A stretch of DNA of 64,000 nt, from NCBI GenBank assembly GCA_041740615.1, contig JBGSLR010000097.1:29363-93362 (forward strand), written 5' to 3'. Of this stretch, positions 1 to 10,646 are shown one piece after another. Positions within the stretch are counted from its first letter, which is position 1, and each line of letters begins with the position of its first letter. Origin of the DNA: Desulfobacterales bacterium. GTDB taxonomy: Bacteria; Desulfobacterota; Desulfobacteria; Desulfobacterales; SURF-7. A program made the translations under genes and the position numbers. Under the pieces are notes generated by a model. The model did no database searches and was not told the DNA's origin. It saw only the letters and a list, made by a program, of their open reading frames with translations.

Positions 1-478
1 GGAACGGTCGCCCATTTCTTGGCTGGGTTCGATTTTAGCATCCGGAAAAACGGAATTCCATCGGATTCTGAATTGTCGTCCGAAAAAGGGTGGCGGGTCA
101 AGCGTTAATTCATGGCTGTTCATGGCTTGCATCCTGTCCGGCCCAAGTGTGATGAACGGCAATGGCCACCTATCATTATTGACGCGCTTCGTCATCCTGG
201 AAAAAAAAGAATTGACGGGATGGAAAAGAAGCCGACAGCCCGGCGCCACGGCAGGGATCCGTCCCATGATTCCTACCAAATAATAATCGAATCATATCCA
301 AATGCTGTGCCGAATACCGGGAGGTGTGAAAGACAGGTATGCTTGTTGCTCTTAGGGGTGCTTCCCTCGCTGGAAAAACGGGAGGGGAAAAGCAGGGGGC
401 AACTGCACGATCATTCGGCTGTAAACGGAATGAGTTCGATGCGATACACGCACAATCGAAACGAAAATAGGAGGTTGT

Positions 479-1642
479 ATGATTCAAAAGGAACGTTGCG
501 GGAAGAGATATGTTCTACTATTGTTCTGCATGGTTTTGGTATGGATGAGCAGCGGCGACGTTCAGGCCGATGTGACTCTGTCCCAAAACGAAAAAATAAA
601 AGTGGATCTCTACGGCCAGATCAACCGGGCCGTATTGTGGGGCGATGACGGGGATTCCAGTGAGTTCTACCATGTGGACAACGATAACAGTTCCAGCCGA
701 GTCGGAATCAAGGCAACGGCGCAGCCCAACGACAAACTGACCGTGGGGGCGGTGATGGAATTCGAATATCAGGCCAACCCCAGTGATTATGTCTGGCAGG
801 GGGATGCCAATGCCATTCGTGAGGCGGATGCCAACAAATTCGAAAAACGGATTCTGGATGTTTTCCTGGAAGGACGATATGGCCGATTGACCTTGGGGCA
901 TGGATGCACCGCCTCGGACAATTCCGCGGAAGTCGATCTTTCCGGAACCACGGTGGTCGGCACTTCGAAAGTGCAGGCATTTGCCGGCGGCATGCGATTT
1001 TTCGACAATGAGACCAATGCCCTGGATGCCAACCCAGCTGATCCCAGCAAAGACACCACGATCAAAAGCGTGTTCAACAACCTGGACGGCCTCAGCCGAG
1101 CGGATCGGATTCGGTACGATACCCCGCGTTATCAGGGATTTCAGTTATCCGTTTCCAGTATGTCCGAGAACCGCGATGACGCAGAAGATGCGGCTTTGGG
1201 GTATACGGGGGAAATCGCCGGGGGGAAAGTGGCGGCGGCGGTTGCCTATGCCAATTACAGCAGTTCCGATTCCAAAAAGAACCAATTCAGTGGTTCCGCT
1301 TCTTTTTTGGCCGGAAATGGTCTGAACCTGACCGTTTCCGCCGGCAACCGGGAACACCGGTCCGTTGGAAGGGCGGACGCCAATTTTTATTTCGGAAAGA
1401 TCGGCTATATCGCCGACTTGTTTACCGTCGGTACGACCGCGTTTGCGGTGGATTATGGTACATATGGCAATGTTAAAAAAAATGACGACCGAGCGGATAC
1501 GGTGGGCGCGCTGGCTGTGCAGAGTCTGAAGGACTGGGGTACGGAACTCTATTTGGGGTACCGCCATTATGTACTGAGCCGCGTCGCCAGGGACTATGAA
1601 GACGTCCATACGTCCATGGCCGGTATCCGAATCAAATTTTAA
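479..1642 (+). CDS. Outer-membrane porin (Gram-negative general porin type)
   Basis: Signal peptide; N-terminal VDLYGQINRA and SSRVGIK strands; RIRYDTP loop motif; C-terminal Phe (GIRIKF); AGGAGG RBS upstream. Confidence 0.85.
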   Translation: MIQKERCGKRYVLLLFCMVLVWMSSGDVQADVTLSQNEKIKVDLYGQINRAVLWGDDGDSSEFYHVDNDNSSSRVGIKATAQPNDKLTVGAVMEFEYQANPSDYVWQGDANAIREADANKFEKRILDVFLEGRYGRLTLGHGCTASDNSAEVDLSGTTVVGTSKVQAFAGGMRFFDNETNALDANPADPSKDTTIKSVFNNLDGLSRADRIRYDTPRYQGFQLSVSSMSENRDDAEDAALGYTGEIAGGKVAAAVAYANYSSSDSKKNQFSGSASFLAGNGLNLTVSAGNREHRSVGRADANFYFGKIGYIADLFTVGTTAFAVDYGTYGNVKKNDDRADTVGALAVQSLKDWGTELYLGYRHYVLSRVARDYEDVHTSMAGIRIKF

Positions 1643-1679
1643 TTCGGTGTCGCTGTTCCGGCGATATGATTCCCGGGCA

Positions 1680-1707
1680 TTGACAAGCCTCGGTTATGCG
1701 TTACGAT
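1680..1707 (+). promoter_or_regulatory. Putative sigma70 promoter upstream of the PilZ gene
   Basis: TTGACA-16 bp-TACGAT. Confidence 0.4.
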
Positions 1708-1862
1708 GTGGTATCGGCGGCAGCACATCGTACCGAAAACCGTCGTCGCGGTTTCGATTGGTTTTGTGTATGGACTGAAACCGCGACGACGTAAAAAGGT
1801 CGGTGAAATAGGAGGACTGCTCACGGATCAAGACAGGGCCTTGCAACAGTTGGGAGGCGAAA

Positions 1863-2180
1863 ATGGCATCAAACGGAAGAAGAGCATATGGCCGTGAACG
1901 TTTTTCGGATATTGTTCTGTTGAATTCGCAATGCAACCAGGAGCGATCCGATTCGGAGAATTTCTATTTTACCTCGGCGAAATCGTTGAATTTGAGTGTC
2001 GATGGAATGGCCTTCAACCTGCGATATCCCCTTCGGGAGGGGTCTTGTCTGAACATCGATTTGTGTGTACCGGGTCAACGGGGACAATCCAGAACGTATC
2101 GATCGGAAGTGCGTTGGTGTAAGAAGGTGTCGGGAAGCGAAGCGCCACGGTTTTTGGCGGGAGTGAAGTTCTTAGGATAG
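1863..2180 (+). CDS. Single-domain PilZ (c-di-GMP-binding) protein
   Basis: RRAYGR (RxxxR) and NLSVDG (D/NxSxxG) motifs; EVRW and GVKF beta strands; GGAGG RBS. Confidence 0.8.
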   Translation: MASNGRRAYGRERFSDIVLLNSQCNQERSDSENFYFTSAKSLNLSVDGMAFNLRYPLREGSCLNIDLCVPGQRGQSRTYRSEVRWCKKVSGSEAPRFLAGVKFLG

Positions 2181-2207
2181 TGTCCATCCACAAGAGGAAC
2201 CTTTTTT

Positions 2208-3086
2208 ATGCGTTACGAAGGCAATATTTTCAGGCCCTTTAGCGAAGCGAACAGCTATCTGCTCCAATGCACCATCGGGTGCTCTCATAACCGTTGCACT
2301 TTCTGCGGCATGTACAAAGACCGCCGGTATCGGATCCGCAGCCTGGATGAAATCAAGGAAGATATCCGGATGGCTAAAGGCCATTACGGCGATCTGGAAA
2401 AGGTGTTTCTGTGTGACGGGGACGCCATTGATATTCGCACCGATGTATTGCTCGAAATTCTGGGTGAATTGTACCGCGCTTTTCCTTCCCTGCGCCATGT
2501 GGGCACCTATGTGGGGCCGCAGAGCACCCTGCAAAAGAGTATGTCCGAACTGACCGCCCTGCGGGCGGCGGGATTGACCAAGGCCTATCTGGGAGTGGAA
2601 AGCGGCGACGAAAAAGTGCTGCAGGCCATCAAGAAAGGAGTGACGCACCAGGAAATGCTCCAGGCCGGGCAAAATCTGGTGGCGGCGGGTATGAACCTTT
2701 CTTCCATGGTCATGTTGGGGATCGCCGGAAGGGGAGAGCCGTCAAAGGACCATGCCCTGGCCACCGCCCGAATCACCAACGAAATGAAACCCCGCTATCT
2801 GGCGGCCCTTACCTATACGCCTGTCCCGAATACGGCGCTGTACAGCCAGGTCGAATCCGGTAAATTCCAGCTTCCGGATCCTTTCGAGACCCTGGAGGAG
2901 ATGAAGTGGATGTTTGAAAATATCCTCATCGACGATCTCAAGTTCGTCGGCGCCCATGCTTCCAATTATCTGCCCGTCAGCGGCACCCTCCAGAAGGACA
3001 AGGCCCGCATGCTGGAAACGGTCAATACGGTGCTGGAAACGAGAGATATGCGGGCCATGCGCAGCGAAGCCATGCGTGGTCTATAG
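2208..3086 (+). CDS. Radical SAM protein
   Basis: GCSHNRCTFCGMY cluster motif; VFLCDGDA; YLGVESG; HASNY. Confidence 0.85.
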   Translation: MRYEGNIFRPFSEANSYLLQCTIGCSHNRCTFCGMYKDRRYRIRSLDEIKEDIRMAKGHYGDLEKVFLCDGDAIDIRTDVLLEILGELYRAFPSLRHVGTYVGPQSTLQKSMSELTALRAAGLTKAYLGVESGDEKVLQAIKKGVTHQEMLQAGQNLVAAGMNLSSMVMLGIAGRGEPSKDHALATARITNEMKPRYLAALTYTPVPNTALYSQVESGKFQLPDPFETLEEMKWMFENILIDDLKFVGAHASNYLPVSGTLQKDKARMLETVNTVLETRDMRAMRSEAMRGL

Positions 3087-3116
3087 AAGGCTGACATCAG
3101 AATTTGTCCTCGCGCG

Positions 3117-3545
3117 TCATCCATCCGGATCGGATGACCGGATGGGTTTGCGGGATTCTTTCAGTCGTCCGTGTTTTGTTTTTTGGTCGATCCGTTTGCG
3201 CTTGGCCCCCGGGGTCGCGGTGGTGGGCGTTCTTTTTTTGGCAAAGACGAACGCGCTGCGGATGAGTTCCCGCAGGCGCAGCAACGCGTCTTCCCGGTTT
3301 TTTTCCTGACTGCGGAATTTTTGGGCCTTGATGACGATGACGCCGTCCCGGGTAATCCGCTGATCGCTCCGCTTCACCAGTCGATCCTTGTAAAAATCCG
3401 GTAGGGAAGAGGCCCGGATATCAAAGCGCAGATGGACAGCGCTGGAAACTTTGTTGACATTCTGCCCGCCGGCGCCTTGGGATCGGACGGCGTTGATTTC
3501 GATCTCGTTCTCAGGGATGGCGACTTTTTTCGATATTTCAAGCAT
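3117..3545 (-). CDS. arfB: Alternative ribosome-rescue peptidyl-tRNA hydrolase
   Basis: RSQGAGGQNVNKVSSAVHLRFD (GGQ motif); RSQEKNREDAL; basic C-terminal tail. Start placed at MLEISKK. Confidence 0.92.
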   Translation of the reverse strand: MLEISKKVAIPENEIEINAVRSQGAGGQNVNKVSSAVHLRFDIRASSLPDFYKDRLVKRSDQRITRDGVIVIKAQKFRSQEKNREDALLRLRELIRSAFVFAKKRTPTTATPGAKRKRIDQKTKHGRLKESRKPIRSSDPDG

Positions 3546-3818
3546 GCAACCACTCCTTTGTTTCAAGGCCCTTCAACCATCTCCCCATGGAAACGTGTTT
3601 GAATCGCGGCCCACCCAGTTCAATCGGCGACATATTTACCAGATCCAGGGGGGTGTGTAAAGGCTGCTTCCGGCTGCCTTGTCGGACCTTCCCCCTGGAA
3701 TGACGATCCGATTTTGGAAATATCGCGAATATGGATCGGATACGCCAATTGACAGGGAAACCAGTCGTTGGTATGGAAAAATGAATCGCTAATATTCTCA
3801 GACCCGGAGTGTGTCGAT

Positions 3819-4667
3819 ATGGCCCAACCCAAAAACGCCATGGAAGTTTTCAAGTGGCTGGACAAGTCCAATTGCCGCGAATGCGGTGAAAAAACCTGCC
3901 TTGCCTTTGCCGGCGCGGTTTTCCAGGGCCGCCGCGCCATCGCCGAATGCCCGAGACTGGGGCCGGAAATCCGGGAACTCTTCACGGATGCGAACGGCGG
4001 CGGAAGCGTCCTCGACCGGAACCGGGATGAATTTTTGGCACATCTGAAAGCGGCCTTCAGCGGGCTCGATTTTTCCGAAGCAGCCCAACGGTCCGGTGGA
4101 CGGATCGCGGAGGATCGCCTGGTCCTCAAGATCCTCGGCAAGGACTTCAGTGTTGATCGCCATGGGAATCTTTCATCGGATATTCACATCAATCCGTGGG
4201 TGGCCGTTCCGTTCATGGTTTATATCCTGTATGGCAAGGGAAAGCCGGTTTCCGGGAAATGGGTTTCCTTCCGGGACCTGAAAGAGGGCCGGGAACGGTA
4301 TGGGTTGTTTCAAAAACGCTGTGAAGAACCCATGAAACAGGTGGCCGACACCTATACCGAACTGTTCGACGACATGGTGCATCTCTTCGGCGGGAAGCAG
4401 GTGGCTGAGCAATTTGAATCCGATGTTTCCGTCGTGCTGTACCCCCTGCCGAAAGTGCCCATCATGGTTTGCTACTGGTCGGATGAAGACGGTCTTGGAT
4501 CCAGCCTGAATCTTTTTTTCGATGAAACCGTAGACGACAATCTGGACAACGGTTCCGTTTTTTCCCTGGCGGCCGGCCTGGCCCAGATGTTTCAGAAAAT
4601 CTCCCTGCGGCATGGTGTGACGAGTGGAGACCATGTGTTTTCAGCGCGCAACAGTAAAAAGTCTTGA
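3819..4667 (+). CDS. Fe-S domain + DUF3786 protein
   Basis: N-terminal NCRECGEKTCLAFA...ECP cluster-binding motif followed by a DUF3786-like region (WVSFRDL, PLPKVP, LFFD). Start placed at MAQPK. Confidence 0.75.
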   Translation: MAQPKNAMEVFKWLDKSNCRECGEKTCLAFAGAVFQGRRAIAECPRLGPEIRELFTDANGGGSVLDRNRDEFLAHLKAAFSGLDFSEAAQRSGGRIAEDRLVLKILGKDFSVDRHGNLSSDIHINPWVAVPFMVYILYGKGKPVSGKWVSFRDLKEGRERYGLFQKRCEEPMKQVADTYTELFDDMVHLFGGKQVAEQFESDVSVVLYPLPKVPIMVCYWSDEDGLGSSLNLFFDETVDDNLDNGSVFSLAAGLAQMFQKISLRHGVTSGDHVFSARNSKKS

Positions 4668-4786
4668 ATAATTTTTACATATTCATTTCGAAAATAAGTC
4701 TCAAGAGGGAAGTCGTTTTTTACAATTTCCACAGAAAATGCAGCATCGCCTATCTGCTTCGACGTCCGGGAATGCACTCGGGGAAA

Positions 4787-4866
4787 ATGTCTCTCACAGA
4801 GCTCACGGGGAAAGAGAAAATGAATTGTAAGTCCTCTGTGGACTCCGTGAGCTCCGTGAGAAACAT
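4787..4866. repeat. REP-like 24-bp imperfect inverted repeat built from CTCACRGAG units
   Basis: atgtctctcacagagctcacgggg (4787-4810) pairs with ctccgtgagctccgtgagaaacat (4843-4866); lies between convergent genes. Confidence 0.65.
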
Positions 4867-4960
4867 ACCATAAAAAACCTGCCCCAAAATGAACGTCCCA
4901 TGGAAGCGGAATCCATACCCGGTTGGACAATTGAAGGTGGTCACCGGTGAGGGGATTGCG

Positions 4961-6154
4961 TCAGGGCCGGCGGCCCGCCATGCGGCCGGCGGCCTCGCCG
5001 GTGGCCAGGCAGCATCCGATTACTCTGGCCGAGGCGATGGCGTCGTCATCGGCGCTGATGGTTTTCCCGGCCATGAGCAAATTTTCCAGCCCTTGGGCCT
5101 GCAACGCATGGCAGGGAATATCGTACCATTCGCCCGGAGGGAGATACCGCAGATGTTGTCTGCCGTTTGCATCCCATTTTTCAATGGGCCAGCACCCTTT
5201 TGCGGCTGCATCCGGGAATATCCGGGCATGGATGACGTCCTGGCCGTTCAGGACATATTTGCCGACCGGTCGGGTACTGCTCCGATAGAGAACCGGAAAC
5301 CGATCCCCGATGATCCGGCTTTGGGCGAATTCCGCGACATGGGTCTGTAAAAAGGCCATCAGTCCGGCGGCCGATTCGGCTGCGCGTCGCCTCGGCGCTG
5401 CGTCATCGCGGTTCGACTCTATCCCGGTAAAGCCCAAGTTCAATTTCAGGACGATTGTTTCCGCATCCAGGGACGGCATGAAAGCGACCGCCGCCGCCTC
5501 CTTGGGTAAATTCCCCGCAGTGACGGAACGCTGCAGGGCGGCGAGAATCTGGATCCGGCGGGCGGGTGATTCCAGTGATCCGGCTACGTTCACTACCGGA
5601 ATCATCACTGCCGGAGATTGCCGGCTGACATCTCCTTGCATCACGTTCTGGCCGGCAAGGCGGGCGACAACGGCATTTCCACTACAGTCGATGACGGTTT
5701 CGGTTTCGATGTGCCATGACTGATCGGCCGTGCGGATCTGCAGGCATTGGATCCGGTTTTGCGTCGTGGTAAGGTCGGTGAGTTCGGCGGAGTAAAGGAC
5801 CTGCAAGTCTTTTTGATGTTCCGTCAGACGGACGGCGAGTCGTTTAAAGGAATCCGGACGAAAAGGCAGGACATAGAGTTTCCCCATTCGCAGGGGCTCA
5901 TTCACCCCATCCATTTTCATCAAGTCCCGGGTGAACGCGGCGGTGAAGCCGTCATACATCAGTTGGGGCGCAGTGCCCGTATTCAGGTACAGGCCGCACA
6001 AGGTGGTGATGGCTCCTTTTACGACCGTCCCGCCGGGAAAGGCCTCTTTTTCGATCAACAGGGTGCGCCGACCCGCGCGGGCGGAACAGATCGCCGCGGC
6101 GATTCCGGCGGCCCCGGCGCCGATCACGGTCACATCATAGCGCTTGGTTACCAT
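4961..6154 (-). CDS. FAD-dependent oxidoreductase
   Basis: DVTVIGAGAAG Rossmann motif; VIDCSGNA; ENLLMAGKTISAD; ATGEAAG. Confidence 0.85.
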   Translation of the reverse strand: MVTKRYDVTVIGAGAAGIAAAICSARAGRRTLLIEKEAFPGGTVVKGAITTLCGLYLNTGTAPQLMYDGFTAAFTRDLMKMDGVNEPLRMGKLYVLPFRPDSFKRLAVRLTEHQKDLQVLYSAELTDLTTTQNRIQCLQIRTADQSWHIETETVIDCSGNAVVARLAGQNVMQGDVSRQSPAVMIPVVNVAGSLESPARRIQILAALQRSVTAGNLPKEAAAVAFMPSLDAETIVLKLNLGFTGIESNRDDAAPRRRAAESAAGLMAFLQTHVAEFAQSRIIGDRFPVLYRSSTRPVGKYVLNGQDVIHARIFPDAAAKGCWPIEKWDANGRQHLRYLPPGEWYDIPCHALQAQGLENLLMAGKTISADDDAIASARVIGCCLATGEAAGRMAGRRP

Positions 6155-7551
6155 CGCCTTCTCATATGAGCACCATAGGATTCGATATCTTTCCAGTTGG
6201 GGATCACTCGCAGGCGGCCCAAAATCTTCTGGACCAGGTTCACAAGGGTGGAGTTCCAGTCCGACGGCGTGCTCCAGGTCGCATCCCGGCGCGCCAGACG
6301 GTCCAGTCTGGCGACAATGTCCGTTTCCAGGGACGCGGATAGGTAGTAGGCCGGTTGCAACAAGGCATCCCGGGGCGAAAGCCTGCCTTCCGCAATGGCC
6401 GTTTGATAAATGGGTGCGTCCCGATAAATGCGGATCCCGAGGGAGGCGAACACGGCATTGGCTTTGCCGAATTCCGTGAGAAGTCTTTGGGTCTCGAGCA
6501 TGTTCCGGTAGGAATCACCGGGCCCGCCGAAGAGTAAAAAAACGGCGAAGGGAAGACCGATTTTGTTGAGGGCGTGGTAAGTCCGGGCGATATCCGTCCG
6601 GGAAAATCCTTTGCCCATGTTGACCAACATCTCATCCGTGACCGCATCCAGTCCCAGTTCCACGCCCACACATCCTGCTTTTTGAAACGCTACGGCCATT
6701 TCATCATCCAGACCGGCCGGATTGCAGTAGGCGATCCAGCGGATTTTCATCCTGCGTCGGATGATTTCTTCACAGATGGAAAGCGCATGCCATCGCGGTC
6801 GGTTGAAGACGCTGTCGGTAAAGAAAAAATCCCTAAGACCCGTTCCCTTGACGATTTTTTCCATGTCGTCCACGCAGAGACGAGGTGACCGGTAGCGAAT
6901 GCGGCTTCCTTCCAGAGTCGGGTAGTTGCAGTAAATGCACCCGAAGGCGCACCCTCTTTTTGTCTGCAGGCCGATGAATCCGCCGTGCTTGAAATACTTC
7001 CGGTAGTCGACGCGGTTATAGGCGTATAGCGGAAGCCGGTCCAGTTCCAGGGAGAAGTCGGGCTGTTGTTTCACCCAGCCGGATTCTTTCCGGATCATCA
7101 GGCCGGGAATGCCGTCAAAACCGGCTTGGTTCGCAAGCGCCCTGGCAAAGGCCGGCAGCGTTTTTTCCCCTTCGCCGACGGCTGCGTAAGTGACGCCGAG
7201 ATAATCCGCCAGTTCTTCCGGCATCACCGAGACGGCGCCCCCGCCGATCAGGATCGGTGCATCGGTTTTCTCCCGGACGGTTTTCACGATCGTACGCGTA
7301 TCCTCGTAATAGGTTTTGCCGTTGGCATACTGACAGTTATCCAGATTCCGAATGGACAAACCGACCAGTTCGGGTTTGAATCTGTCGATGGTTTTGGCAA
7401 TTTGCCTTTTGGTGTTGGTGACGAAGCCAAGATCCAGAAACGCGACATCATATCCTTCCGCGCTGAGAACCGCGGCCAACTGCGCGGCGCCCAAGGGGGC
7501 CACGGCATAGGGCGCTTTTTCGCGGTTGGTGGCGATGAGGAGTATCCGCAT
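6148..7551 (-). CDS. B12-binding radical SAM enzyme, lipid-biosynthesis (ladderane-cluster-like) type
   Basis: MRILLIATNREKAPYAVAPLG, GLSIRNLDN and GEGE B12 domain; QTKRGCAFGCIYC; FFFTDSVFN; GIRIY. Confidence 0.85.
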   Translation of the reverse strand: MRILLIATNREKAPYAVAPLGAAQLAAVLSAEGYDVAFLDLGFVTNTKRQIAKTIDRFKPELVGLSIRNLDNCQYANGKTYYEDTRTIVKTVREKTDAPILIGGGAVSVMPEELADYLGVTYAAVGEGEKTLPAFARALANQAGFDGIPGLMIRKESGWVKQQPDFSLELDRLPLYAYNRVDYRKYFKHGGFIGLQTKRGCAFGCIYCNYPTLEGSRIRYRSPRLCVDDMEKIVKGTGLRDFFFTDSVFNRPRWHALSICEEIIRRRMKIRWIAYCNPAGLDDEMAVAFQKAGCVGVELGLDAVTDEMLVNMGKGFSRTDIARTYHALNKIGLPFAVFLLFGGPGDSYRNMLETQRLLTEFGKANAVFASLGIRIYRDAPIYQTAIAEGRLSPRDALLQPAYYLSASLETDIVARLDRLARRDATWSTPSDWNSTLVNLVQKILGRLRVIPNWKDIESYGAHMRRRW

Positions 7552-7554
7552 GGG

Positions 7555-8907
7555 TCAGTTTCCCGTCAACAAACGGCCGCGGATGGCGGCGAGATAATCC
7601 CGGGCTTCTTCTCGTGACAGCATCCCTTCGACAAAAACCAGGGTGATCTGCAGTCTGCCGGAAAAAAAATAATAGACGACACCGATTCCGGGAGGCGCTA
7701 CGACGGTGGGGACATGATACTGATAGCGCACCGGTTCCCCCATGAAGCCGGAAAGCCCCTGAAAGGTGGCGCCGGGATTGGCGAACACCAGGGAGGCGAT
7801 TTCACCGCGCAGGGATTTTTTGATTTTACGGACATAGAACCAGGTCGGCAGAAAACGGGAGAGTTCCAGGGTGCACAGATTGGCGAACAGCATGTCCTCG
7901 CGCAGCGCGTCCTGGGTTTGGGATCGGAACAGCCCGGCCACGGATCGGAGATCCGAAAGGTCCTCGGCCTTGAACTCATACAGCAGGGTTCCGGCCTGAT
8001 TGGTAAACATCGGCAGGCGTGTGCCGATTTTGCGCAAGTCGATGGGAAAGGAAGCGATATAGCTCCTTGTTTGGATGCCTTTTTGTCGATATACCTCGGT
8101 AAGGGGCAGCAGGGCGGCAGCCAGAAAATATGCGGAATCGTTCAGCACCCCGCAGATATTCCGGCAACGATCCATGATCTCCTTTGTTTCCGGGAGTGAA
8201 AACGTGTCGATGCAATAATCCAATTGCGGTCTGAACCGGGATTTCCGCTGGGTAAACAGGGATACGGGGCGCAGCAAGGCCATGCGATCGATCCGTTGAA
8301 AGGCGCGTTCGGCCAGACGCCATTTTTCCTTCATGTCGGTGGATGCCATGCGTTTTTGAAAGGGGATGAGCGCACCGTCGGCGGCTTCCTCCATGGACAA
8401 TGGTCGGCTATCGTCGGGTCCGCCGATCAAATGCAGAAAATATTCGGCCCCGCGGGCATCCATCAGAATATGGTGCCAGGTCATGATGATTTCCATGGTC
8501 TGGTCGTCGAAGGTGATCAAATCGAATCGAATCCACTCGCCCTTGCGGATTCGAAGGGGCGTATTCAGGAGTCGTCGCCGCAGGGCGGCATGTCCGGGAG
8601 AACCGGGCGGTTCGCTGAGAGAGTGGGAAAGCACTTCGGGAAAAGCGGATACGCCCGCGAGCGGAATCACCCAGAAAGGCTTCCCTTTCCAGGGGCGTGA
8701 TTTCAGGGCGGCGCGAATCAGGGGAAAGCCGGATGATATCCTGTCGAGCCGTCTTCGAAAATCGGTAATGTCGATCCGGTTGTCGATCCCCAGAATGATT
8801 TGGGCCAGATTCCCGGCGAAACCGTTTTTTTTCAACTGGTGATCAAAGGCCAGCATCAGGCAGTCGACGCCGTTAAGGGCCAGTCTGTTGTTCCGTTCCA
8901 AGGGCAT
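7555..8907 (-). CDS. Stand-alone condensation-domain-like / CoA-dependent acyltransferase
   Basis: WHHILMDARG (HHxxxDG-like) catalytic motif; PIDLR; N-terminal LNGVD. Confidence 0.7.
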   Translation of the reverse strand: MPLERNNRLALNGVDCLMLAFDHQLKKNGFAGNLAQIILGIDNRIDITDFRRRLDRISSGFPLIRAALKSRPWKGKPFWVIPLAGVSAFPEVLSHSLSEPPGSPGHAALRRRLLNTPLRIRKGEWIRFDLITFDDQTMEIIMTWHHILMDARGAEYFLHLIGGPDDSRPLSMEEAADGALIPFQKRMASTDMKEKWRLAERAFQRIDRMALLRPVSLFTQRKSRFRPQLDYCIDTFSLPETKEIMDRCRNICGVLNDSAYFLAAALLPLTEVYRQKGIQTRSYIASFPIDLRKIGTRLPMFTNQAGTLLYEFKAEDLSDLRSVAGLFRSQTQDALREDMLFANLCTLELSRFLPTWFYVRKIKKSLRGEIASLVFANPGATFQGLSGFMGEPVRYQYHVPTVVAPPGIGVVYYFFSGRLQITLVFVEGMLSREEARDYLAAIRGRLLTGN

Positions 8908-9148
8908 CGATCCACTCCGCCAGGCTGCGGACAGTTTTGATACGGCTTTCGGTGATTTCCTCCTCCGGGATTCGGATGCCGAGATGCTGCTCGGTAAAGT
9001 TCATCAATCTCAGCAAGGCCAGAGAGTCAAATCCCGACTCCAGAAGGGGGGTATGTTCATCCAACGTCACCAAGGCGTCAAACACCTCTTCACGTAAAAA
9101 TTCCAGCAACCGGACCTCGATTTGTTCGCGACTGTTTTCAATCGTCAT
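8873..9148 (-). CDS. Acyl carrier protein
   Basis: Acidic, 91 aa; LLESGFDSLALLRL phosphopantetheine site. Confidence 0.88.
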   Translation of the reverse strand: MTIENSREQIEVRLLEFLREEVFDALVTLDEHTPLLESGFDSLALLRLMNFTEQHLGIRIPEEEITESRIKTVRSLAEWIDALGTEQQTGP

Positions 9149-10646
9149 GTCCGATTTCCTCGGTTTTTCTGTTACGACTGGTCGCTTTGCGGTGACGGAT
9201 GATTTTGGACGTCACCGCCGTTTTTTCGATATGATCGACAAAGCGAATGGCTTCCGGAACTTTATAGGTTGCCAGACGACCACGACAATAGTTGCGCAGA
9301 TCCCGTTCCGTCGGCAGGGAATCGGCTGTCGTCAAGACGACCTCCGCGGCTACGACTTCTCCCTGGCGGTCGCCGTCCATGCCGTATACATGTGATTCCC
9401 GGACACCAGGATGCTCATCCAGGACTTTCTCCACCTCCTGGGGAAACACTTTCATACCGGCGACATTGATCAAGTCCTTGTGGCGGCCTAAAATATAGAC
9501 AAATCCATCCGAATCCACCCGGCCGATATCACCGGTATCGAACCAGCCCCCTTCCAGGATGTCGTCCGCCTTGCGGAAAGGGCTGAAATAGGCGTCGAAA
9601 AATCCCGGCCCCCTGACAAAGAGACGTCCGCACGGGGGCTCCTTCTCCAGGGGGTGAAAGAGATTTCGGACCTCGATTTCATAGCCGGTCACGACCCGAC
9701 CCACGGAGTTTTTCTTCTGAACGGGCATGGCGGTATTGATGCATACCAGGCCGGTTTCGATAATGCCGTAAGCTTGAAGGATGGGCAGACCGAAACGGTG
9801 TTGAAAATGGGTGAAAACCGATTCCGGCAACGCGATGGTCGTGGAAATCGCCATCCGGAGGGAAGGCATCCTTTCCGGGGAAGGGTCGGCCGCGAGCAGG
9901 GCATAGTGGAACGGCGCGGCATACAGGATAGTCGCCATTTCGCTTTTCGCGGCGTTGAGAAGTCGTTCGGCCGGCACGCCGCCCGTCAGAACGACGGACG
10001 CTCCCCGGGAAAGATACAATACGATGGTGGAAACAAAATGATGGGCCATGCTGAGCACCCACACCACCGTGTCTTCGGCTCCGATGCACAGTGTATGATT
10101 CAGCGCCGTAATCCGGTCGACAATCGTTCGGTGGCCCAGGGCGACTCCTTTGAACGCTCCGGTGGTGCCGGACGTGAAACGGATAAAGGCCATGTCCGGG
10201 ATGGATGGCGGAAGGTCTTCGCCGGTTTCCCGTTCATCAAGATAGTAGGTCGCCTGAATCCGGGGGCATGTCATGGGTGCGGCTCCGTCGCGTTTTCGGT
10301 CACTGATGAAAAAGTGCGGTCGGATGCGATCGCAAATCAGTGCGACTTCTTCATCGGTCAATTCCACGGCGATGGGAAGGATCGCTCCGCCGCATTTCCA
10401 GACGGCATAGGTGAGCACGATATACGCGATGCTGTTGGGAAAACGCAATGCGACCAGGCGGCCCGGGACAACCCCCATTCCCCGTAAATCCCGGGCAACG
10501 GTTTCGATCAACGCAAGAAGTTCCTGATAGCTGAGGCGGATTTGTCCCTGCACCACAGCCGTTTTGTGAGGGTGCTGTTCGGCCGCTTCTTGAAACAAGG
10601 TGATCAACGGCGGCGAAGGGGATGTGTGGTCACGATTCACTGGCAT
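9138..10646 (-). CDS. AMP-dependent acyl-CoA/acyl-ACP ligase
   Basis: FTSGTTGAFKG, YGIIETG, TGDIG, GRHKDLINVAGMKVFPQEVE. Confidence 0.9.
   Translation of the reverse strand: MPVNRDHTSPSPPLITLFQEAAEQHPHKTAVVQGQIRLSYQELLALIETVARDLRGMGVVPGRLVALRFPNSIAYIVLTYAVWKCGGAILPIAVELTDEEVALICDRIRPHFFISDRKRDGAAPMTCPRIQATYYLDERETGEDLPPSIPDMAFIRFTSGTTGAFKGVALGHRTIVDRITALNHTLCIGAEDTVVWVLSMAHHFVSTIVLYLSRGASVVLTGGVPAERLLNAAKSEMATILYAAPFHYALLAADPSPERMPSLRMAISTTIALPESVFTHFQHRFGLPILQAYGIIETGLVCINTAMPVQKKNSVGRVVTGYEIEVRNLFHPLEKEPPCGRLFVRGPGFFDAYFSPFRKADDILEGGWFDTGDIGRVDSDGFVYILGRHKDLINVAGMKVFPQEVEKVLDEHPGVRESHVYGMDGDRQGEVVAAEVVLTTADSLPTERDLRNYCRGRLATYKVPEAIRFVDHIEKTAVTSKIIRHRKATSRNRKTEEIGHDD

Noticed and set aside
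112-648. ORFs upstream of and overlapping the porin gene
   Set aside because: They have no motifs and overlap a well-supported CDS; the region is probably regulatory.
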